The notes under the pieces were generated by a model. That model made no database searches and had not been told where the DNA came from. It worked only from the letters and a program-made list of their open reading frames with translations. Both the position numbers and the translations under genes were made by a program. DNA of 64,000 bases from an uncultured Nitrososphaerota archaeon (GTDB lineage: Archaea > Thermoproteota > Nitrososphaeria > Nitrososphaerales > Gagatemarchaeaceae). Where the stretch lies: assembly GCA_963718895.1 (NCBI GenBank), contig CAVRAG010000004.1, positions 32,001 to 96,000 of the forward strand, given 5' to 3'. This document shows positions 35,364-44,490 of this stretch, one piece after another. Numbering within the stretch: position 1 is the first letter of the stretch; each line of letters opens with the position of its first letter.

Positions 35364-35377
35364 GTTAAAACATGGGT
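35358..35377. promoter_or_regulatory. Perfect 9-bp inverted repeat around a TTTTAA TATA-like core; candidate operator/promoter of the glycan cluster
   Basis: ACCCATGTT-AA-AACATGGGT in the AT-rich region at the 5' end of the cluster. Confidence 0.5.
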
Positions 35378-35520
35378 TATTCGAGGTTAATATCATTTGC
35401 TCGTGTGATTCCAGTTGTTCGCGCATTTTCTTAGTATACGCAAGTGAAAAATGTCTCCGAACCTATGAATATGCTACATTCCGTTAGACGGCTCTTCGCC
35501 ATCGTTTCCGGCGGAAAATC

Positions 35521-37194
35521 TCATTTCATCAGGCCAATGGCGCCCCTGAGGTCCATCTTCTCCGTCCTGAACAGCCGTCTGTCCATTTGTCGCAGGTCGG
35601 TCGCCAAGCTCGGCCGGAATTCCATCTTCTTGAAGATGTGCTCCTCGATGTCCACCCCCGGTGCCACCTCCTGCAACACCATCTTTCCCTCTGTGAGCCT
35701 GAAGACCGCCCTCTCGGTCACGTAGATTATCTCCTTGCCATGTTTCGTGGCTTCCGCCCCGCTGAAGAGGCTCCTGTACACTTCCTCGACGAACTTTATC
35801 GTGCCGCCGTCCTCAACTATCCTCAGTCCGCCTTCCTCGACTCTTATGTCGCTGTGACCGGCCGTAAACGAGCCCGCGAAGCAGATTCTCGGGCCACCTC
35901 CCGCTATGACAGGGAAGCCGCCCGGCCCGTAAATCCTGCCAGGGAGGATCGACGGGTTGACGTTCCCGTGGGAATCGATCTGAAGGAACCCCAGCGACGC
36001 AACGTCGATGACACCGCCCTCGAAATTCGAGAACATGTCCGGGATCGAGGACAGAGCGAACGGGCTCAACGTGAGGCCGAAGTTCTGCCCCGAGAGCGCC
36101 AACCCTCCCCAAGGGCCCGACTCGAGCACCGTGACCACGAACTCGGAGATGCCCTCCTCCGCGGCAATCGCTGAGACGAGGGTAGGGATGCCGACACCCA
36201 GATTGACGAGGACGGGTTTCCCCTTCGTGCCCTCGAGCAGCCCGATCACCTCGAGGAGGACCCTCCTCGCTATCACCTTCTCGTACTCGTTCTTGGGGGC
36301 GGGCAGCATCTCCCTCGAGGCCTCGCTGTCGAGAGGAGGCATTACCCTGTAGGAGAGACGGGGATCGTACTCGGAGCTCCCCGACTGCCAGTGATACTGC
36401 CTCTGAGCAATTACCACGCGGTCGACGAGCGGGGACGGCACCTCGACCTGCCTCGGGTCGATCGTGCCCGACTTGGTCAGCCATCTCACCTGGCTTATCA
36501 CAGAACCGGGGTTGGGTCTTGCCTTCGTCGCCTGTGCGATGTTGAAGACGGTTCCGCGGATACCCTCGTCTTCCATCGACAGGTTACCGTTTTCGTCAGA
36601 GGTGCTCGCGCGTATGAGCGCGTAGTTAGGCTTTGGCGCGCGATAGAAGAGATACTCATCCCCCTCCAGCTTAATCAGGTCGACCTTGCAGGTCTTCGAC
36701 CTGCGCCCCCGCAGGTTGAGGGAACCGCCCTCCCTCCTTGGGTCGAGCGTCGTATCGATCCCTATCTTCGTGATCATCCCCGGACGCCCTGACGCCACCT
36801 CCCTGAACCAGTATGCGGTCACTCCGATTGGCCAGCTGTACGCCTCCAGCCGTTCACCCTCGACCATCTTCTGCATCCAGGGGGCAAACCCCAGATACGG
36901 CATCAGTATCCCCCTCAGGAATCTCTGGTCTTCCTGGGCCCACAGCTTCTCGCCGACGGCATCGAGCGCCCTTCCTGGCACCGCCGGCAGCGTGTCGCCG
37001 ATGACGAAGAGGTCCCTTGGATGGTCCTCCCTTCTGTATCTCTCGTGGAGCTCAAGGATGAGCTGCTCGGGGGTCGTGGCCAGATTGAATCCGGAGATTG
37101 CCACCGTCGAGCCATCCTCTATCAAGGACAATGCGGTCTTTGGGTCGCAGACCTTGCTTGGGATTTCCATGCCAGTTGTTGACACGGAGCCCAC
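35521..37194 (-). CDS. Family I acyl-CoA:acetate/propionate CoA-transferase (YdiF/Pct-like, fused alpha-beta)
   Basis: STSDENGNLSME, VNLGVGIP, catalytic ESG, LGFLQIDSHGNVN, GPGGF, YVTERAVFRL, EVAPGVD. Confidence 0.9.
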   Translation of the reverse strand: MGSVSTTGMEIPSKVCDPKTALSLIEDGSTVAISGFNLATTPEQLILELHERYRREDHPRDLFVIGDTLPAVPGRALDAVGEKLWAQEDQRFLRGILMPYLGFAPWMQKMVEGERLEAYSWPIGVTAYWFREVASGRPGMITKIGIDTTLDPRREGGSLNLRGRRSKTCKVDLIKLEGDEYLFYRAPKPNYALIRASTSDENGNLSMEDEGIRGTVFNIAQATKARPNPGSVISQVRWLTKSGTIDPRQVEVPSPLVDRVVIAQRQYHWQSGSSEYDPRLSYRVMPPLDSEASREMLPAPKNEYEKVIARRVLLEVIGLLEGTKGKPVLVNLGVGIPTLVSAIAAEEGISEFVVTVLESGPWGGLALSGQNFGLTLSPFALSSIPDMFSNFEGGVIDVASLGFLQIDSHGNVNPSILPGRIYGPGGFPVIAGGGPRICFAGSFTAGHSDIRVEEGGLRIVEDGGTIKFVEEVYRSLFSGAEATKHGKEIIYVTERAVFRLTEGKMVLQEVAPGVDIEEHIFKKMEFRPSLATDLRQMDRRLFRTEKMDLRGAIGLMK

Positions 37195-37429
37195 GTCTCA
37201 AAAGTCTGTTGGTGGTCGGCGAGAGGACCCCGCAGTTTGAACCACAAAGCATTAGAGTCGAACCTCAAGCGCGCCCTTGCCGTTCGGCTTTGGACCGCAA
37301 ACCTTCGGACCTTCCATCGCGCCTGTCGAATCCACGGCGGCTCCGGCTTTGGTGCCGAGCTTCGCCGCCGCCCCGCTGGTCCGACGGAGGCCGAACCTCT
37401 CTCGAGGCACGAATTCGTGGGAGGCAGTC

Positions 37430-37915
37430 ATGAATCCTTCGAAAAGAACCACCCTGGTCCTCACGGTCGCGACCATCACGGCCTTCGCTGCAGTGGCCGC
37501 AGTCCTGGGCCTGGGCGTCCTCCTGGGAAGCAGACCGATCGGGAGCGGGGTGACGACCAGCGAGGCAGCCCTTCCGGCGGGTTGCGTCAGGCCGGCGAAC
37601 GGGTACATCATAGTCCAGAGCAAGGACGGGTACAATGACAGCATAACCCAGGGAGCAGGGCTGTCGAAGCCATGGCCGGTCTTGACGGCGAGCGAGGGTC
37701 AGACGGTCAGCATCGCAGTGTGCAACGTAGACGTGCAGGCGCACGGCTTCCAGATTGCCAACTACGCTGACGGCAGCATCAACGTCGTGGAGCCCGGGCA
37801 GGTCCTCAACATTTCATTTGTGGCGAACAAGCCCGGGAGCTTCCTGATCTACTGTGCGATACCCTGCTCGATTCACTTCTTCATGCAGTTCGGGCAGCTG
37901 AAGGTCTCATCATGA
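37430..37915 (+). CDS. Membrane-anchored cupredoxin with a CuA-like ligand set
   Basis: N-terminal TM. DVQAHGF...YCAIPCSIHFFM. ATGA overlap with the next gene. Confidence 0.8.
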   Translation: MNPSKRTTLVLTVATITAFAAVAAVLGLGVLLGSRPIGSGVTTSEAALPAGCVRPANGYIIVQSKDGYNDSITQGAGLSKPWPVLTASEGQTVSIAVCNVDVQAHGFQIANYADGSINVVEPGQVLNISFVANKPGSFLIYCAIPCSIHFFMQFGQLKVSS

Positions 37916-38748
37916 CGGCCACCGCCGAGACCCAGGCGCGGAGGAGCCTTGCGATTCCCGTCCACGGATTCGCCGTCATAGCCTTGGCCTTGATGACCTC
38001 GTACTTCGCTTACCTGTGGGGGTCGGCCGCCGTGAACCCGGCGGAGATACTCGCCCCGCTCCTGTTCTGGTATGGGGTATCGTTCCTGCTCCTCGTCTAC
38101 CCTCTGAGGGCAGCGGCCAGAGACTTCGCGCGATATATCCGCATGTTCTCCGGCGCAGCGGTCTTTGCCGTCTATCTCGCCATACACCTGCTCCTCTATG
38201 GGTTTCTGCTCGAGGGAATCCTGACCTCGTTCCTTGGGAAGGATTTCGTCTCGACCGCGGCGGGGGCCTCGCTGACCACCACGGTCTTCACCCCTCCCTC
38301 GGCTCTCAACGCCCTCCTCTCTCTGTGGTACAATCCGTGGATCGCGATCACGATACCTCCTATCTTCAGCACGACGCTCAGCCTCTACAGTTTGGTGATC
38401 GCCGTGATGATAGACGTCTTGATCGTGGCGAACATAGGGAAGACGAGAGAGCTTGGCCGGGCCTGCTCAACCGGCGCGAGGTCGAGGTCGATGGTCCTGT
38501 TTCCCGCTCTCGGCATAGCATTCGGTGCGTCGTGCTGTCTGAGCGTCCCGATCCTCTTCACCGTGGTCGTCCCTTCGGCGGCCGCGCTCGCTTCGCTGCT
38601 CTGGGTCTACGACCTGACCTACTTCCTCTTCCCGCCGTTCGCAGTGGTCCTCCTGTACCTGAACCTCTACTCCGTCGCCAAGATAACAGCGAACGTGAGG
38701 CTGGCGACGGATGGAAGGGCCCCCGTCATTCCTAGTGCCACTGGTTGA
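37912..38748 (+). CDS. Multi-pass membrane protein with a vicinal Cys-Cys motif
   Basis: About 6 TM helices; AIHLLLYGFLLE; RAC..GASCCLSVP. Confidence 0.7.
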   Translation: MTATAETQARRSLAIPVHGFAVIALALMTSYFAYLWGSAAVNPAEILAPLLFWYGVSFLLLVYPLRAAARDFARYIRMFSGAAVFAVYLAIHLLLYGFLLEGILTSFLGKDFVSTAAGASLTTTVFTPPSALNALLSLWYNPWIAITIPPIFSTTLSLYSLVIAVMIDVLIVANIGKTRELGRACSTGARSRSMVLFPALGIAFGASCCLSVPILFTVVVPSAAALASLLWVYDLTYFLFPPFAVVLLYLNLYSVAKITANVRLATDGRAPVIPSATG

Positions 38749-38760
38749 TGCCTTCGCCGG

Positions 38761-39738
38761 TCAAACCGACTTGGGACCGGCCACAGGAAGAGAGGGAGGG
38801 GGGCGCGGGCTAGACTCACCTGTCGTGGCGCGCTCGGTCCCGAAGGCTCTTCCGAGCCCTGCTCCGGTGAGCACGGCGTCAAAATAGATCACCGTCTCCA
38901 CCGCCAGAGACAGCGCCAGGAGCGCGGTCTCGCTCGTGATCAGCCAGAGGAGGAACCCAACCATCATGACGGCGTTCGCAGCTATGAAGAGCGCGAGATA
39001 GTTCGTGAGGGCACGGTTGCGCTCCTTTCTCCTGCGCAGATAGCCGAAGGCGAAGACCACGACTCCGGTCATCACCGCTGCTTCGAGGTAGACAGTGTAC
39101 GTCTCCCACAGCTGTGAGGTCAATGCGGTGGGCGTCAGGAACATGACGACGGTCTGCAGGCCCAGCAGGATGAGGAGATCCCGGGGTATCGCCTTGCGGA
39201 GTGCGAGGAGGGTCAGGGCCATCTCTCCGACCATCGTGAAGACGAACCAGGAGGTGATTATGCTGAAGCTCACCTCGCTCCCGACAGCGGCGGCCGTGTA
39301 GCCTTCCGAGAGCGCGACGAGCCCCGAGGCCAGGTTGAAGGTCCAGCCCATGAGAAGCTCGCTGAGGAGCAGGAGGACGATGTAGGCCACCCTGAGCGCG
39401 GAGACGTGGCGGAGGAGGTTGGAGAGCGGCAGGGGCCCCTTCCGCTCCTCGTCGCCCTCCATCCAGTACTGGGCGAAGAGCAGGACGCCGACCGGCATCA
39501 TGCCCACGCTCATGAAGACGGCAATCTCCCAGATGGCGACGTCGCCCAGCGTGAAGTTCAGCGTGGTCAGGTAGAGGTAGGCCGGACCGATGAGCATGAC
39601 GACCATCATCGCGAGCAGGAGGAGCAGGACGACGTTGTCGATGCCGGTCCGCGCCTTGGTCGACCTTGTGATGAGCCAGCTGATGAAGGCCACCATCAGG
39701 AAGGCGGTGGGGACGAGGTAGTAGATCAGGTAGGACAA
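38761..39738 (-). CDS. Met/Glu-rich multi-pass membrane protein, paralogous to the N-terminal half of the adjacent polyferredoxin
   Basis: AMMVVM, SELLMGWTF and WFVFTMVGEM match motifs in 39804-41858. Confidence 0.75.
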   Translation of the reverse strand: MSYLIYYLVPTAFLMVAFISWLITRSTKARTGIDNVVLLLLLAMMVVMLIGPAYLYLTTLNFTLGDVAIWEIAVFMSVGMMPVGVLLFAQYWMEGDEERKGPLPLSNLLRHVSALRVAYIVLLLLSELLMGWTFNLASGLVALSEGYTAAAVGSEVSFSIITSWFVFTMVGEMALTLLALRKAIPRDLLILLGLQTVVMFLTPTALTSQLWETYTVYLEAAVMTGVVVFAFGYLRRRKERNRALTNYLALFIAANAVMMVGFLLWLITSETALLALSLAVETVIYFDAVLTGAGLGRAFGTERATTGESSPRPPPSLPVAGPKSV

Positions 39739-39803
39739 GGGACCTTTCCGCTCGCGTCAGTCCGTCCGGCGGCGCCTCATAGCTTTACCTTCATGGCGAA
39801 ATC

Positions 39804-41858
39804 TCAATCAGTCTTGTCCAAGGCGCCGAAATTGATCGGACTCACCATGGGCTCCGTCCTGACGGGCTTCGCGAGGGGCGGCAGCGGTCTGTTGAGTTTC
39901 ACCCTGAGCCAGTTCCTGGCGTCGAAGAAGAAGACGTTCTCGTAGGGGCAGGCCGAGACGCAGTCGCCTACACCGATGCACTTGAAGCTCCTGAACTCTC
40001 CCTTGTCGATGAACGCCCCCGGCATGTCCGTCAGGCCGACCGGGCAGACCTTCGCGCAGTCCTTGGTCTTGCAGTTGATGCACGCGTTGCTGTCCTTGAC
40101 CTTGAGCCTGAAGATTCCGAGCCTCGAGACGAGCTGGTTGAACGACCCCCAGCCGCACATCCCGGTCGTCACGCAGCCGTAGGTCCCCACGAAGGGGATC
40201 ATTATCCAGACGAGATACCAGAGGAAGGAGAAGTAGAAGGCGAAGAAGAAGTAGCTGGGGTCGGTCCCGAATATCGAGACGTGCAGGACCCCGACGGAGG
40301 TCAGGTAGGAGAGGACGGCGGCACCCAGCAGCGAGATCCAGACCAGGGAGAACACAATCCTGTAGGCACCCGAGATGCGGCTGGTCAGGAGGTGTCGGCC
40401 TATCTTGGATGTCCTGTTGAACGAGCTCATTGCGTCGTAGGCCGTGCCCTGGTACATCAGCGCGGCCGTGCACAGGAGGGAGCAGACCTGCCTCGCGCCG
40501 AAGAAGAACGAGAGGCCCCCGGATATGAGGTACGTCGCCAGGATGACGAGTATGACAGCGGGAGCGACCGCGCCCGCCGTCCCGAGCCCCATGCTCCACC
40601 CGACCCAGGGGACGCTCGACATCCCCGACATCCCCAGGACGTAGGTCGGCACGTACAGGCTGTATATGGCGTAGGCCAGTACCACGAGGAGGAGCCTGAT
40701 CTTGGTCTCCGTCTCCCTGGCGTACCTGATCTTGAAGATCACGAGGGCCCCCATCTCGATACCCATCATGACCAGGAACCAGAAGGACATGGTGATGCCG
40801 CCGACGGCGATTATGAAGTCGTAGAATGCCGCACCGACGATGTTGAGGGCCGAGCCTCCCAGCGCCGCGAACGGGAGCATGCTGAAGTACATCGTTCCGA
40901 GGGCGATGATGTCTAGGACTCCCCCCATGAAGTACTCGGCGATGAAGACGCCTCCGAGCAGCCCGAAGACCCAGAAGGGTCTGGTCTGCCACCCGACCAG
41001 AGGGGGAGCGACTAGGCTCTTCTCGTCGAGGACGATGCCGAAGTAAATCGTCATCTCCGCGACTATCGAGATCACGAAGAGCAGGACGTCGTTGTAGAGC
41101 ATCCAGACGAAGAGCCCCGCCATCATGAGGGCGTAGGCGCCCATCAGACGGACGAGGTACTTCGATGCGCCCGAAGTAAGAGTCCGGTTCTTGAAGATGT
41201 ACTCGAACATGAAGATGATGGCGAGGATCATGACGGCGCTGTTGGCCACGGTCGTGTAGGTGGACCATGCGCCGCTGGCTATCGCCGTGGGCGACAGGAC
41301 CATTATCGCGGTCTGGATGGCGACGAGCCAGCGGAAGCTCCTTGGGAAGTTCCTCCCCACGAGATAGAGGGTGACGGCCATCTCGGAGGCCATCGTGAAG
41401 ATGAACCAGTAGGTGCTCATCGAGTCGACGAGCGCGGAGAAGACGGATTGGCCGGAGACAGAGGCCGCTCCCGAGAGTATCGCGAACGTCCAGCCCATGA
41501 AGACCTCTGAGAGTATCGTCAGGACAATCACGGCCGCGACGACGATCGACCTCGCAGAGACCGCGCTGCCCTTGCGCGTCTCGTCGAGCTGCCTGTCTCC
41601 CCTCATCAGCACAGTGAGGATGGGGATGAGCCCGATGCTCATGGATATCATGTTCAGGGCCACGAGCTCGAAGACCGTCACGAAGGTGGGGATGTAGAGG
41701 TAGACCACGGCGCTCACGAACATCGACGCCATCATCACGAAGAGGAAGAGGACCACCCCGGCGTCCGTCAGCGTCTTCATGGTCGAGCCCTTCTTCAGGA
41801 GCCAAGCTGTGAACACGGCCATGGCACCGGCAACCAACCACAAGACGAGGAGGTCCAT
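39804..41858 (-). CDS. Polytopic membrane 4Fe-4S protein with a NapH/MauN/CcoG-like C-terminus
   Basis: Many TM helices; CSLLC, CVTTGMCGWG, CINCKTKDCAKVCP, CIGVGDCVSACP. Confidence 0.85.
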   Translation of the reverse strand: MDLLVLWLVAGAMAVFTAWLLKKGSTMKTLTDAGVVLFLFVMMASMFVSAVVYLYIPTFVTVFELVALNMISMSIGLIPILTVLMRGDRQLDETRKGSAVSARSIVVAAVIVLTILSEVFMGWTFAILSGAASVSGQSVFSALVDSMSTYWFIFTMASEMAVTLYLVGRNFPRSFRWLVAIQTAIMVLSPTAIASGAWSTYTTVANSAVMILAIIFMFEYIFKNRTLTSGASKYLVRLMGAYALMMAGLFVWMLYNDVLLFVISIVAEMTIYFGIVLDEKSLVAPPLVGWQTRPFWVFGLLGGVFIAEYFMGGVLDIIALGTMYFSMLPFAALGGSALNIVGAAFYDFIIAVGGITMSFWFLVMMGIEMGALVIFKIRYARETETKIRLLLVVLAYAIYSLYVPTYVLGMSGMSSVPWVGWSMGLGTAGAVAPAVILVILATYLISGGLSFFFGARQVCSLLCTAALMYQGTAYDAMSSFNRTSKIGRHLLTSRISGAYRIVFSLVWISLLGAAVLSYLTSVGVLHVSIFGTDPSYFFFAFYFSFLWYLVWIMIPFVGTYGCVTTGMCGWGSFNQLVSRLGIFRLKVKDSNACINCKTKDCAKVCPVGLTDMPGAFIDKGEFRSFKCIGVGDCVSACPYENVFFFDARNWLRVKLNRPLPPLAKPVRTEPMVSPINFGALDKTD

Positions 41859-42015
41859 AACCTATGTCGCCCTTCTGCCGCTTCCGGTTCCAGAACGATA
41901 TTAACGCCTTTTGGCTCAAACGGCGACGGCGTCCGGGGATGGAACCCTCCTCAACTATCGCGGTGACCCGGGCGTCCGCAACACTCAAATCAAAGCGCCC
42001 ATTCCCGAGCGGGAC

Positions 42016-42447
42016 TTGGTCAGAGGGAAGGGCGTCCAGGGCACCACGCTGACGGCCCGTCAGTGGGAGGTCATCCGGTACAGGGGCCAGGGATTCACCC
42101 AGGCCGAGGTCGCCAAGAAGCTGAAGACCTCCAGGGAGAACGTTAACGAGATCGAGCATCGGGCCCGTCTGAAGATCAACGCGGCGAAGGCCACACTGAC
42201 GGCCCTTCAGGACCCCGACGTGTCGGGAGAGGTGATGATACCCAGCGGCACGTCAATCTTCGAGGCAGTCTCCATGATACTCCTGAGGGCCGACGTCCTC
42301 GGGGTGAAGCTCCAGGGCTCGGGTGACGATGTTCTCGCTGCTATCAGATCAACCTGGGAGGCAAAGATCAGGGGCCACCGCTTGACAACTGCTGCCAAGG
42401 CGCAGGTAGGAGCCGATGGCTATCTGGTAGTCAAGAAGACCCTGTGA
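42016..42447 (+). CDS. Tfx family DNA-binding protein
   Basis: LTARQWEVIRYR.QG.TQAEVAKKL.TSRENVNEIEHRA..I..A..TL, then IPSGT..AD..GVK. Confidence 0.85.
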   Translation: MVRGKGVQGTTLTARQWEVIRYRGQGFTQAEVAKKLKTSRENVNEIEHRARLKINAAKATLTALQDPDVSGEVMIPSGTSIFEAVSMILLRADVLGVKLQGSGDDVLAAIRSTWEAKIRGHRLTTAAKAQVGADGYLVVKKTL

Positions 42448-42590
42448 AGCGACCCATCGTCTTTGGTTTGCGACCGGCGGGCTGGTGCAAGTCATCCCGC
42501 GCAGCGTCACCGACCGTCCGCTTTGGATGGGTCTCGGTCTGTCGTTGACAGGCGAGTAGCGACTACCCTGCAATAGATGTTGAGGAAGGC

Positions 42591-43049
42591 CTACATCTTC
42601 TGGCCGGCCATCCACTCCTTCTCCTCCTTGTTCGGAGTCAAGGGGTAGCCGACCGCGTAGAGGAACATCCTGGCCGTGGACGGGCCTAGGTGATGGAACC
42701 TCTCCCGCAGGTCCGTCTGCAGCTTCTCCTCGGCCTTCCCGAAGTGGTCCAGGTACTGCTTGAAGGACCCGTACTCCTTGGTTACCTCCAAGAACCGGGC
42801 CGCATTGTAGATCGTAGCTTGAATCTTCTTTTCATTGCGGACGATCCCAGAATCGTTCATCAGTCTCTTCACGTCGCTGCCGGTAAACTTGGCGACCTTT
42901 GCGGGAGAGAAGTTCGAAAAGGCCTCCTCGAACCCGGCCTTCTTGTTCTCCACCACCTTCCAGTTCAGCCCGGCGGAGAACATGTGCGTCGTCATCCTTT
43001 CGAAGTACTCGCGGTCGTCCTTCGGCGGTGTCACCTTCCAGGGAGACAT
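42591..43049 (-). CDS. tag: DNA-3-methyladenine glycosylase I (short Tag-like form)
   Basis: D..YFE...FSAGLNW..V..K...F..AF..F, IVRN..KI.A.I.NA, LGPST..FL..VG. Confidence 0.8.
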   Translation of the reverse strand: MSPWKVTPPKDDREYFERMTTHMFSAGLNWKVVENKKAGFEEAFSNFSPAKVAKFTGSDVKRLMNDSGIVRNEKKIQATIYNAARFLEVTKEYGSFKQYLDHFGKAEEKLQTDLRERFHHLGPSTARMFLYAVGYPLTPNKEEKEWMAGQKM

Positions 43050-43141
43050 TGGTCTGTCAGGACGAGTTAGTAGTTAATATTCGTTAGACTCTCTGAAGCC
43101 TTTGGAGCATCCGGCCGGAAGTCCGGCATCTGCCCTTCTGT

Positions 43142-44305
43142 TCAATTCTCTATCGCTCTCTCAACTGGGAACAGGCTGGCGAGAAGGCCCGAGTAGGGGG
43201 CGAGGCCGCACTTGTCGCACTGTGGTTGGAGCGCATCCTCGTTCGCGCTGCCCATGCAGCACGGCGTCTTGATGTTGCCCTTGTAGTCCAGCGGCAGGAT
43301 CATCCAGTTGGGGCACTTGTATCCCCAGTTGCCGCGCATGAGCTCGAACTGTGCCTTGGAGTTTATCACGAAGTGCTTGTCTTCCGTGGCGCTGTACTCC
43401 AGGATGCTGTCGATGGTCCTGTTTCTCTCCTCGCCGAAGGGCAGCCACAGGGGGTCGTTGTCGATGAAGGGGGTGTGGAACTGGATGCTTATCCTCCCTG
43501 CGATATCGTCCCACTCGTGCAGGACGTCGATTATCGTCTTGTAGTTCAGGGTGTTCAGGGTCATGTTGATGGCGACGCTACCACCCGACCCGACGAAGTC
43601 CTGCACGTTCTTCTTTATCCTCGCGTAGGTGTTCGGGCCGCGGATGCGATTGTGGGTCTCTTCGGTCCCGTCGATGGACACGAAGTAGAAACCGTTGATG
43701 TCCATCATCGGGAACATGCCGTTCGTGACCACGCTGATCCGGTTCTTCAGCTCCTCCGAGAAGACCTCGATGACGTCCTTCCTCAGCATCGGCTCGCCGC
43801 CGACGACCGTCACGTTGGCTATCTTCATCTTCTTGTAGGAGTTCTGGATGACGGTCCTCCACTGCTCCGGGGTCAGCTCCCCCGCCGTCGGCTCTCTGTT
43901 GGTCCACCAGTAACAATGGACGCACCTTAGATTGCAGACGTTGACTATGTCGGCTGAGCCGAAGAGCGGGGTCTTGGTGCCTTCCCTCATCTTCCCGTAC
44001 CAGTGGAGGAGGTCGCTGGCCCTGTTGTCCCTCAGGAAGTTGTTGAAGGACCTCAGATAGTCCGCGGGCGTCGGGTCCTTGGCAAGCGCAGGGAGCATCT
44101 TGACGAGGTTCGGGAGGTTGGCCACGTCCTTGTAGGCCGTCTTCACCTTCTGCACCGAGGATGTCTTCTTTATCTTCAGTTCGATGTAGTCGTCACTCTG
44201 TCTGAGCCGGCCGCCCGAGATCTTCTCAACGAACCGTTGCGCAAACTCGTCTTCGGACCAACCAAAATATTCGCGCTGAAAAAGGTCGGCAGACTCCACA
44301 GTCAC
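43142..44305 (-). CDS. Radical SAM protein with an N-terminal extension and a C-terminal Cys cluster
   Basis: CNLRCVHC, GGEP, TNG, VSIDG; C-terminal CPNW..PCCMG..CDKC. Confidence 0.9.
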   Translation of the reverse strand: MTVESADLFQREYFGWSEDEFAQRFVEKISGGRLRQSDDYIELKIKKTSSVQKVKTAYKDVANLPNLVKMLPALAKDPTPADYLRSFNNFLRDNRASDLLHWYGKMREGTKTPLFGSADIVNVCNLRCVHCYWWTNREPTAGELTPEQWRTVIQNSYKKMKIANVTVVGGEPMLRKDVIEVFSEELKNRISVVTNGMFPMMDINGFYFVSIDGTEETHNRIRGPNTYARIKKNVQDFVGSGGSVAINMTLNTLNYKTIIDVLHEWDDIAGRISIQFHTPFIDNDPLWLPFGEERNRTIDSILEYSATEDKHFVINSKAQFELMRGNWGYKCPNWMILPLDYKGNIKTPCCMGSANEDALQPQCDKCGLAPYSGLLASLFPVERAIEN

Positions 44306-44490
44306 TCTATAAACAGAACAACGTGTGAGAAGCCTCCTTTTCTACCTTCGCCTTTCGTCGGTTAACGAACGATGGGGCCCCGGATTAGTCGCTAATGGGA
44401 AAAGGCATGGAGGAAAGCCAGGAAGGAGACGAGCTGTATCGACCCCGCGAACTCGTTAAATGACGTTGGGTAAGCAGTCGGGGCCTGCGA

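Noticed and set aside
39808-42159. 783-aa ORF overlapping the polyferredoxin gene
   Set aside because: Arg/Pro/His-rich shadow frame caused by high GC3, with no motifs.
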